Positions 27,946 to 36,443 of a stretch of 64,000 nucleotides of DNA are shown piece by piece; within the stretch, counting starts at the first letter, position 1; each line of letters begins with the position of its first letter. The notes under the pieces were generated by a model, which worked only from the letters and a program-made list of their open reading frames with translations, did not search any database and was not told where the DNA came from. This DNA is from an uncultured Ignavibacteria bacterium. Lineage in GTDB: Bacteria > Zixibacteria > MSB-5A5 > SM1-73. The translations under genes and the position numbers were made by a program. Where the stretch lies: NCBI GenBank assembly GCA_964588305.1, contig CAZPOP010000017.1, positions 230 through 64,229 on the forward strand, in the 5' to 3' direction.

Positions 27946-29850
27946 CTACTTCAACAAGACCATTCGTTTGGTCTGGGTGATCTGGCCAGCCATCAGTTGG
28001 TAGAAATAGATGCCTGAAGGTAAATCCTTGCCCTTTTCATTCTTTCCGTCCCAGCTTACAGTTTTGGCACCTGGCCGCTGGTACTCGTCGACCAACGTTC
28101 TGACCTTCTGCCCCAGAATGTTATACATTACCAGCGATACCGGGCAGGACTTGAATAAGGTATATTTGATCGTCGTTTCGCTGTTGAAAGGATTGGGATG
28201 GTTCTGGAATAGCTGGAAATCTTTGGGAGAGAAAACCTCCTCTTCTTCGTCCACGGCAGTGGACTTAGGACAGATCATGACGGCATATTCCACGACCGCA
28301 TGTACGGGTTCGGAAGGTTCATAGGAGTGAAAATACTCTGTTTGACCGGGCTGGAAGTTCTCTCCTTCGAACCGGCTGAACAGAGAGGTAGTATCATCGG
28401 CATAGAAGTCCTTTATCCTCCAGAGGGTATCCAGGCTATCGCCATAATCGATAACAAACAAAGTGTCTGAGACATAGATATCGTGAGACACATAGAGAGA
28501 ATTGTTGTGAAGCGTATGATCGTCGGGATGAGAGGGGTGTCCCAGAGGGAAGAACCTTCCTTGCCAGGCAAGCTCCGCTCCATCCACCGCAGGATCGCTG
28601 AGTGCAACCCAGGATGACTCCGGGCAAGCACCTGCCAGGGTAACAGCATGGCCCCCGAAACGGTGCCAGGAATCTTCGTAAAATTGCCAAAATCCCAAAA
28701 TGAGAATGATGTTGTGATTCTTTTCCAATGAGTCAGCCGTCTCGCGAAAACTGGGTCGATGGCGGGTGTCCTGGCATAGAGAGAGTCCATATTCGCTGAA
28801 GCAACTGTCTAAGCCGCTCTGAATTGAATCCACTGAAGTTCCACTGTCCGGATCGGTGCCGAAGTAGGTGGACAAAAGTCGGATGAGATCAGGAGGGTCC
28901 GTATCTTGGGGAACTTCATAGAACCACCATAAACAGTTTGCCACAGCAGTGGAAACGTCCAGAGCCGATGAATCGCCGAACTGATACTGGTCAAAATCCG
29001 GCATCCCACTGGGAGCTTTGGAGGCGGTGGGTTTCCAATCCCAACAAGGGTTACAGTCAATAGAATTGGTGTAACCGATTGTTCGCATTATGGGACATCC
29101 TGGAATTGAAGCTCCGGGAGAAGATGGGCCCCAGAACTGGGACCATTCACAGTAGTTCCCATCATAAAGAAACCAGGCCTCGCAGGTATTTGGAAAGTCG
29201 AGGACACTGTCGCTCATGACCAGGCTGGGAAATGGGGGATTGGTTTCACCGGTAAAGATGATCTCTAAAAAAAAGGAATCGGTCAGGCAGCAGGTCGAGC
29301 TTGGATTGGTGAGGGAATCTAAGTCCAAATTAATCGGCCTTCCCAGACTATCGTAACTGGAGTCAATGGGTATGGTGAAGGTCTGGTGATACAAGAGAGT
29401 GCCGGGTTTTCCAAGATCAGGACAGAGGGTATCCAGAGTATCTACTTTCACCTGCCTAATGTTCACCCGAATCTCGACCGGCCAGACGGCGGTAAGCCCA
29501 CCTGCATAATCGTAAAGGTAAAGCCGCACGCCCGTTAGTTTGAAAGGATAGGGATTTGCTCCGGCGCACTTTTCCGGATTCATATATAAGGCGTAACCGT
29601 TGCCCGGAATTGTGTCAGGATAATACCAAGCCAGCGAGTCCTCATCATATTTAATCACACAAAAGCGTTCCCCGCTCACGCCAAAAGTACGGAGAGATTG
29701 CGGTACCCTTTCACCAGCAATCGGAATTGCTTTTATCTTTTGGGCATCAGAATCAGCGGAAGTATGATCTATCCCGAAAGAAAGGAGAAATGCCAAAAGC
29801 GAAAAGAGAAATACTAGTTTTTTGCTCATTTCTTTTTGTGAGATCATCAA
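27946..29850 (-). CDS. T9SS-sorted secreted protein with papain-fold Cys/His domain (divergent paralog 3)
   Basis: 'STAVANCLWWFYEVPQDTDPPDLI', 'GGHAVTLAGACPESSWVALSDPAVDG'. T9SS CTD 'FQNHPNPFN...GIYFYQLMAGQITQTKRMVLLK'. Confidence 0.6.
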   Translation of the reverse strand: MMISQKEMSKKLVFLFSLLAFLLSFGIDHTSADSDAQKIKAIPIAGERVPQSLRTFGVSGERFCVIKYDEDSLAWYYPDTIPGNGYALYMNPEKCAGANPYPFKLTGVRLYLYDYAGGLTAVWPVEIRVNIRQVKVDTLDTLCPDLGKPGTLLYHQTFTIPIDSSYDSLGRPINLDLDSLTNPSSTCCLTDSFFLEIIFTGETNPPFPSLVMSDSVLDFPNTCEAWFLYDGNYCEWSQFWGPSSPGASIPGCPIMRTIGYTNSIDCNPCWDWKPTASKAPSGMPDFDQYQFGDSSALDVSTAVANCLWWFYEVPQDTDPPDLIRLLSTYFGTDPDSGTSVDSIQSGLDSCFSEYGLSLCQDTRHRPSFRETADSLEKNHNIILILGFWQFYEDSWHRFGGHAVTLAGACPESSWVALSDPAVDGAELAWQGRFFPLGHPSHPDDHTLHNNSLYVSHDIYVSDTLFVIDYGDSLDTLWRIKDFYADDTTSLFSRFEGENFQPGQTEYFHSYEPSEPVHAVVEYAVMICPKSTAVDEEEEVFSPKDFQLFQNHPNPFNSETTIKYTLFKSCPVSLVMYNILGQKVRTLVDEYQRPGAKTVSWDGKNEKGKDLPSGIYFYQLMAGQITQTKRMVLLK

Positions 29851-30118
29851 TTATCAAAATCTATTTTCACTCTCTTCTTTGCGTTCGGAGGCGAATCACG
29901 GAGCTTGCCTAATGATTATACAATCGTCCTCTTACAAAAACAAGGGATTTTCTGCGGTCGGTAAAAACAAAAATGAGATGGATCGTGACGAATAGTGCTG
30001 GTCGACAGGTTTTTCGGGTGGGGTAGTTCCTTCCGACGATAAGCCGATCTGCAAAAGGAAGCGGCTCAGGTTCCGGACAATGTAAAGTCAGAGAGAATCA
30101 CTCAACACCTGTCTCTCA

Positions 30119-30144
30119 GGTCAAGCTGAAGCTTGACACTCCAG
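30119..30144 (+). repeat. Structured palindromic repeat family, copy D (3' arm only; partial)
   Basis: Exact GGTCAAGCTGAAGCTTGACACTCCAG, preceded by a TCAGAGAGA...TCTCTCAGG IR. No GGAGTGT 5' arm. Confidence 0.55.
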
Positions 30145-30253
30145 CAAGGCTTTGCCCATCTGACTTTTTTTGGGTTTTTCCCCAATGGGAAAATACCCCG
30201 ATCCTTATGTAGTGGAAGGGGGTATTGGGATGAAGAGCCAAAGAGGCGGTAGA

Positions 30254-31171
30254 TCATTCGTTGAAAAGAGTAACCGACTCCTGATAAAACTTCGCTTTCT
30301 TGGTTTTTATGCGATAAGCCAAAAGCTCTTTTAGAAATGAGTTCTTTTCGAAAAGCGGGGTGTTAGCACTCAGCACTGAGCAAGAAACCTCCAGTCCCAA
30401 GATTCTATTGGGAACAATGAATCTGGTCAGGCCAGAAGGAAGAAGTATGTCCTTTTGAACCAAATCCAGAATCTCCCTTTTGTCAAACCGCGGAATCAGA
30501 TTGATGGCGGAGCTCTTTTGGAAGTGATCAAATACCGAAAGGAGATGATTATCAGAATCCAAATAACATATTTCGAATCTGCCGTTATAGGTGGCGATCA
30601 ATTGATAAAGACTCTTCACCTTGTCCTCAAGTGTAAAGCTTCCGTCGTTGACCACGATTCCGCTCATGTCCTTGAAAAGAAAATAAGAAATGGTCTTTTG
30701 GTGCTTCAAAGCTTCTTTTCTCCACTTCAAAGGACAAGACGATACCTCCAACTTCAGGTCCTTTATCTTTTCGATGACCTCCTCTTTTTGGGCATCAAAG
30801 ATGAGATGATTCCAGGAGGAAAGTTTTACCCTCTCATCTTCATAATTGACGCTCTGGACCAACACGTCCGGAATATTCAAAAGTTTCAAAGCGGAAACAC
30901 GATTGACTCCATCCAAGACAAGCCACTTCTCGCCTTTCTCATGATCTGATTTCTTATCCTCCCCAGTGCTCATATATCCCACCAGCACGGGGTTTTTCAA
31001 ATGCCCGTCCCTTTTGATCTCTTCCGCCAGTCTCTGAGTTCTTTTGAAATCACAGGTCTCGTGAAATATCAGATCGTCCAAATGCAGGAACCTGAGCTCA
31101 AACAAATTCATGTGCATTTCTTTTTCTTCCACCACTTGTGACTGATCCTCTCGTTTAAAAACGCTGTTCAC
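30254..31171 (-). CDS. ParB/Srx-fold (ParB-like nuclease domain) protein, orphan
   Basis: 'LRFLHLDDLIFHETCDFKRTQRLAEEIKRDGHLKNPVLVG...WLVLDGVNRVSALKLLNIPDV' fits the ParB N-terminal domain pattern (DGxxR...A). No partner parA or parS seen. Confidence 0.5.
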   Translation of the reverse strand: MNSVFKREDQSQVVEEKEMHMNLFELRFLHLDDLIFHETCDFKRTQRLAEEIKRDGHLKNPVLVGYMSTGEDKKSDHEKGEKWLVLDGVNRVSALKLLNIPDVLVQSVNYEDERVKLSSWNHLIFDAQKEEVIEKIKDLKLEVSSCPLKWRKEALKHQKTISYFLFKDMSGIVVNDGSFTLEDKVKSLYQLIATYNGRFEICYLDSDNHLLSVFDHFQKSSAINLIPRFDKREILDLVQKDILLPSGLTRFIVPNRILGLEVSCSVLSANTPLFEKNSFLKELLAYRIKTKKAKFYQESVTLFNE

Positions 31172-31676
31172 CTGAAGAGTTGAGCAAATTATATGCCACT
31201 GGAATGGATTTGGGCCACATCTGACTGAGCTTCTTTTGGCAGATTAAGTTATTATGGAATATGGAGTAGTCCAAAAGGCGCAGGGAGCTTAACCAGGGAG
31301 AAAAGATTTTGGCGCCAGGTGGCTGATCGACAACGGGGAAAGTATGCAAAGACATTCATACATCCTGCAAGTTTACAAGATGAAGGATTCTCTCTTGTTC
31401 ACGAGATAACGATTCTGATTTGCTCTTCCATCTGTGTCCCTGCCGGATTCCCAATCGGACGACCGTAGAACTTCTGTGGCGAGTTTGGAAGAGCCGATAA
31501 TTGATGCTTCTCCCCTGGCTCTCTTCTTATGAGGTCAGGCCTGTTGCGGTACGGGTCGCTGCTTTCTGCGGGACCCTCCATTCTTGGATTTAGTGAAACA
31601 AAATACTGATAAGGCTGTCTAATGAGTAGTGATGAATATTAGAACGGACTAAGAAAATATGGGAGGATGAAAGATC

Positions 31677-32549
31677 ATGGAACTATCAATTAGCAATCTT
31701 TGCAAGACCTATGCTAACGGCGTTGTAGCCTTGGACGACGTATCGTTAGATATTCCTACCGGACTCTTCGGCCTTCTGGGTCCCAACGGGGCTGGGAAAT
31801 CCACCTTGATGCGAACAATTGCCACGTTGCAGGAAGCCGATTCCGGCGAGATAACGTTCGAAGGCATCGATGTCCTGAGACAAAAGAGCGAAGTCAAGAA
31901 AGTGTTGGGTTACCTGCCCCAGAGTTTCGGATTCTATCCCAAAGATACAGGATACAATCTGCTGGATCATTTCACGCTACTAAAGGGTGTTAGAGACAAA
32001 AAAGAAAGGAAGGCGAAAGTCGAGGAACTCCTGAAGCGGGTGAATCTCTGGAACGAGCGGAAGCAGAAACTGGGCACTTATTCCAACGGAATGAGACAGC
32101 GCTTCGGTATCGCGCAGGCGCTTTTGGGAAATCCCAAACTCATCATTGTGGACGAGCCCACCGCCGGGCTGGACCCGGAGGAGCGGGTGCGTTTTCACAA
32201 CCTGCTGAGTGAAATCGGCGAGAACGTTGTGGTCATTCTCTCGACACACATCGTTGACGACGTGAGCGATCTCTGCATAAATATGGCCATCATAGATGAG
32301 GGCAGAATCATACTGAAAGAGAACACGCTGGATGCCATGTCGCAACTAAAAGGAAAGATCTGGGAAAAGGAAATTCCGAAGGAGGATTTACCTGCGTACG
32401 AAGAAAAGTACGACGTGATATCGACTCGGCTGTTCGCGGGCAAGACATTCATCTACATCTACAGCAGTATAAATCCTGAAAACGGCTTTTCGTCCATCGA
32501 ACCTTCGCTGGAGATTGCATACTTTTATCATTTGAACAAGGCGAACTAA
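31677..32549 (+). CDS. ABC transporter ATP-binding protein
   Basis: Walker A 'GPNGAGKST', signature 'YSNGMRQRFGIAQAL', Walker B 'LIIVDEPTAGLD'. Confidence 0.9.
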   Translation: MELSISNLCKTYANGVVALDDVSLDIPTGLFGLLGPNGAGKSTLMRTIATLQEADSGEITFEGIDVLRQKSEVKKVLGYLPQSFGFYPKDTGYNLLDHFTLLKGVRDKKERKAKVEELLKRVNLWNERKQKLGTYSNGMRQRFGIAQALLGNPKLIIVDEPTAGLDPEERVRFHNLLSEIGENVVVILSTHIVDDVSDLCINMAIIDEGRIILKENTLDAMSQLKGKIWEKEIPKEDLPAYEEKYDVISTRLFAGKTFIYIYSSINPENGFSSIEPSLEIAYFYHLNKAN

Positions 32550-32631
32550 AGCGATCCAAGATGCCTAAGGTATACAAGACAGACCTTCAACATAAATAAC
32601 TTCACTCACTTTCTACAAGAGGTCAATATCC

Positions 32632-35600
32632 ATGTTTTTTAATATTTATCTGAACGAATTCAAAAGAAACCTGAAAAGTCTTTCCTTTTACATCTTCACT
32701 GCTCTTCTGCTTTTCGGGGCATATATATTCGCATCCAATCTCAATCCGCAGTCATACTTGATGGGATTGAGCATCGGAAAGGAATGGCACAACGCGCCCC
32801 TCCTCATAGCCAAGCTGACGGCGCGGTTCAGCGTGGTGGGGGTGTTATTCGCCATGGTCATGGTGGGGCGTGCAGTGACCCGGGATTTCGCTATCGGGAT
32901 CCACGACTTCTTCTTCACCCTTCCGATGAGCAAGGCTTCCTATCTGGGCGGGCGGTTTCTTGGCGGATTTGTGGCCAATATTCTTATCTATTGCGGCATC
33001 GCCCTGGGATTTGTGGCAGGCTGTCTGGTCATCGATCCCAGATATTACGGCCCGTTTGGCCTGTCGGCGTTCCTGCTTCCGGCAGTGGTCATATTGATTC
33101 CAAACCTGCTCTTTATCGGCAGCATCTTCTTCTCCCTGGCGACTTTGAGCCGAAAGATGGTGACGACCTATCTGGCAGGCGTTGGATTCCTTATGATCTA
33201 TGGCGCACTGCAGGGTGGCTTTACCGGTTGGGAAAACGATACCGCCAAGATCCTTTTGGACCCCTTTGGCATCTCCGCACTGGGCATCCTGACCAAATAC
33301 TGGACGGTGGCCGACATCAACGTCAACCAAATTCCACTGCAGGCTCCCCTCATATGGAACCGAATCATATGGATGGCAGTCAGTCTTAGCATTCTTTTCT
33401 ACACCTGGAGACGCTTTCAGTTCGTTTCGGTCCTGGAAAAGAAAAAGGAAAAACGATTGGACACAGAACAGATCGAATTCAAGGGTGTCCACGCGTTGGG
33501 ACCGATCCGACCAACGATCATCGATGATGCTTTTTCTTTCCAACTGAAAAAGTGCTTCCACCTGGCCCTTAGAGAATTCAAAAGAATCGTTTTCCATCCG
33601 GCCTTCCTGATCCTGACCTTCATGGCTATGGGCGAGCTGGTCGTTAATTTTGCGTTAAATGCCGGCCCCATGGGAGATAACGTTTACCCCCTCACTTCAC
33701 GGTTTCTGGATCAGACCATGCACATCTGGATCTACATGATTCCGCTGACCATCTTGTTCGGCGGTGTAATCATCTGGCGGGAACGAGACTATGAGTCCAA
33801 CGAGTTCTACGATACCCTTCCGGTTCCGGACTGGCTGAGCTATCTCTCCAAGCTCTTCACCATGATGTCCATTCAGCTTTTCTACGTCATCCTGGCCATG
33901 CTCACGGGGATCATCACGCAGGTGATCGGCTTCGGCTATACCGATATCGAATTGGGCCTGTACTTCAAGTACCTGTTCGGCATAACCTTCCTTAAATTCT
34001 GGTTCTTGACCGTTATCGTCTTTTTCATTCACAACCTGGTCGGCAATAAAATTCTTGGTTTCTTCGTCTCCGCCCTTTTTGTAGCCGCCGATCTGATCAT
34101 CTTCGAGGTTTTAAAGGCAGAGAATTTCCTGTTCCGATACGGTCAACTGCCTCCCTTCATCTATTCTAACCTAAACGGGTTCGGGCATTACGGCCCACTT
34201 TTAATCTGGTACTCGATCTACTGGCTTTCATTCGCTGGCATCCTCGGCGTCCTGACGTCACTTTTGTGGCGCCGCAGCGACGAAACCGCCCTGAAGTTCC
34301 GATTCAGGGTGGGCCTGCAGAAGCTGAACAGACGGTTTCATTGGGCATTGGCTATTCTGCTGGTCCTGTTTCTGGCAACGGGCGGGTACATCTCTTACAA
34401 CAAGTACATTCTGAATCAATACACGTCAAGAAACGAGAGAAAGAGAATAAAGGCGGATTACGAAAAGAAATATACACAGTATAAGAACGCTCCGCAGCCC
34501 AGGATAACCGATGTCAACCTGGCCGTGGACATCTTCCCTGAGGAGAGAAAAGCCGACATTCAAGGATATTACGTGTTGAGGAATAAGACCGATCAACCCA
34601 TCAACGAGATCTATATCAACCTTTCGGACAGGTATATCACAAACGAGAACCGACTGGAATTGTCAAATCCGGCAACGCTCGCGCTTCATGGCAAAGAATA
34701 CGGATTCCGCATACTCCAATTAGACACTCCTCTCGCTCCCGGTGAAGATGTTCGACTGGATTTCGAACTCATTGCTCAAGCTGCGGGATTCACTGAGAAT
34801 AATCCAAAAAGTGAGCTCGCCCGAAAGGGAACCTGTTTTCTTCTCACTTCGGACTCACCCGACTACTTTCCGCTCGTCGGGTACATCCAGAACCTGGAGC
34901 TTGAAAAGGAAAGAGATCGGGAGAAGTTCGGTCTTTCGAAACAACCCAAGAGTCCCCCCTTGGAGATGGCAAATAAGTCAATCTGCGAGCTCCGGTTCGA
35001 CCTGGCTGAATATGAGGCGGTTATCAGCACGAGCAGTCCCCAGAAGGTCGTTTCTAACGGGAACCTCATTCGCCAATGGACGGAGAATGGTAGAAGCTAT
35101 TTCCATTACAAGTCCGAAGGTCCGATGGCTACTGAGCTTGTGTTTGCTTCCTCGGAATACGAAGTGGCAAGAGACGAATATGAAAGTATCAAGATCGAGG
35201 TTTATTATGATAAGAAACATCCTGATAACGTGCAGCGCATGATCAAGGGCGTGAAGCGATCCTTCGATTACTGCACCAAGAGTTTCTGTCCCTTCCCCTA
35301 TCGATTCGTCCGAATCGCTCAAATACCTAACTATGTTCACTTTGGGGCGCGTTCCCAGCCCACACTCTTTACCTGGAGGGAGGATGCCGGGTTCATCAGC
35401 AACCTGGAAGACACCGGAGAAATCGACATGGTGTTCGGCGTCTGTACGCACGAGATGGCCCATCAATGGTGGGCGTATATAGTCAAGCCGGCGGAAGCCG
35501 AAGGTGCCGAAATGCTGACCGAGACCATGGCCCAGTATGTTGAGGTCATGTGTTTGGAAAAGGAATACGGGAAGAACATATCGCGTAAGCTCTTGAAAGA

Positions 35601-36219
35601 AGAGATGAACAGGTATCTTTCAAGACGGAAAAAAGACGTTTCCGCTGAGCGACCCCTGATGAGAAGTTACGTAGATCAGTATTACCTGAACTATTACAAG
35701 AGCACAGTGGTAATGTATGCGCTGCAGGATTGCATTGGTGAAGACCGCGTGAACCAGGCCCTGAGGGAGATCGTCAAAGAGTACGGCCACCGGGAAGACG
35801 TGTTTCCCACATCCCTGGATGTGGTAAACGCCTTCAAGGCGGTCACCCCAGACAGCCTCCAGTACTTCATCACCGACCTTTTCGAGACCATTACGCTGTG
35901 GGAAAACAAAGCTGAATCAGCAACTTATGAAGAAATAGAGGATGAGAAATACAAAGTGAATTTGACAGTTTCCACCCATAAGTTCAGGGCAGACAGCATC
36001 GGCAACCAGACGGAAATCCACATCGGAGACTATGTCGACATCGGCGTTCTTGGAGAGAATGGCGAAGAGCTATACCTGAAGAAACACAAATTAACCCAGA
36101 ACGAATCGCCCATTGAAATTATAGTGGATAAAAAGCCGGTTCGGGCAGGGATCGACCCCTACCTGATTTTGATTGACCGGGAGAGAGACAATAACCTGGC
36201 TGGGGTCAAGAGAAAATGA
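32632..36219 (+). CDS. Fusion protein: polytopic ABC-2-type permease fused to a C-terminal M1-family zinc aminopeptidase domain
   Basis: N-terminal ~550 aa have many hydrophobic TM helices. C-terminal domain has 'VCTHEMAHQWWAYIV' (HExxH) plus a downstream 'LTETMAQY' Glu, i.e. HExxH-x18-E of peptidase M1. Confidence 0.75.
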   Translation: MFFNIYLNEFKRNLKSLSFYIFTALLLFGAYIFASNLNPQSYLMGLSIGKEWHNAPLLIAKLTARFSVVGVLFAMVMVGRAVTRDFAIGIHDFFFTLPMSKASYLGGRFLGGFVANILIYCGIALGFVAGCLVIDPRYYGPFGLSAFLLPAVVILIPNLLFIGSIFFSLATLSRKMVTTYLAGVGFLMIYGALQGGFTGWENDTAKILLDPFGISALGILTKYWTVADINVNQIPLQAPLIWNRIIWMAVSLSILFYTWRRFQFVSVLEKKKEKRLDTEQIEFKGVHALGPIRPTIIDDAFSFQLKKCFHLALREFKRIVFHPAFLILTFMAMGELVVNFALNAGPMGDNVYPLTSRFLDQTMHIWIYMIPLTILFGGVIIWRERDYESNEFYDTLPVPDWLSYLSKLFTMMSIQLFYVILAMLTGIITQVIGFGYTDIELGLYFKYLFGITFLKFWFLTVIVFFIHNLVGNKILGFFVSALFVAADLIIFEVLKAENFLFRYGQLPPFIYSNLNGFGHYGPLLIWYSIYWLSFAGILGVLTSLLWRRSDETALKFRFRVGLQKLNRRFHWALAILLVLFLATGGYISYNKYILNQYTSRNERKRIKADYEKKYTQYKNAPQPRITDVNLAVDIFPEERKADIQGYYVLRNKTDQPINEIYINLSDRYITNENRLELSNPATLALHGKEYGFRILQLDTPLAPGEDVRLDFELIAQAAGFTENNPKSELARKGTCFLLTSDSPDYFPLVGYIQNLELEKERDREKFGLSKQPKSPPLEMANKSICELRFDLAEYEAVISTSSPQKVVSNGNLIRQWTENGRSYFHYKSEGPMATELVFASSEYEVARDEYESIKIEVYYDKKHPDNVQRMIKGVKRSFDYCTKSFCPFPYRFVRIAQIPNYVHFGARSQPTLFTWREDAGFISNLEDTGEIDMVFGVCTHEMAHQWWAYIVKPAEAEGAEMLTETMAQYVEVMCLEKEYGKNISRKLLKEEMNRYLSRRKKDVSAERPLMRSYVDQYYLNYYKSTVVMYALQDCIGEDRVNQALREIVKEYGHREDVFPTSLDVVNAFKAVTPDSLQYFITDLFETITLWENKAESATYEEIEDEKYKVNLTVSTHKFRADSIGNQTEIHIGDYVDIGVLGENGEELYLKKHKLTQNESPIEIIVDKKPVRAGIDPYLILIDRERDNNLAGVKRK

Positions 36220-36385
36220 ACACGATTGCAGGATTCTGGGACAATACCACTTTCATCAGAAGGAACAAATCATATAGTCTTATCGATTCGCCGCATCTGT
36301 CTTAGAAACATTTAAGTCTGTAGGTGAACCATCCCGCAGGGCTTGTCGTGAAGCCTTGCGCTGAAGGGTGGTTGACATTTATTTT

Positions 36386-36411
36386 GTCAAGCAGGCTGTG
36401 CCATGCTTGAC
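36386..36411. terminator. Hairpin GTCAAGCAggctgtgccaTGCTTGAC (copy 2), between convergent permease-M1 and MATE genes
   Basis: Reverse complement differs from the 8598 copy at 2 or 3 positions. Confidence 0.35.
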
Positions 36412-36443
36412 CTACTCTACTTAGAGGAATAGGGAAACTCCAC

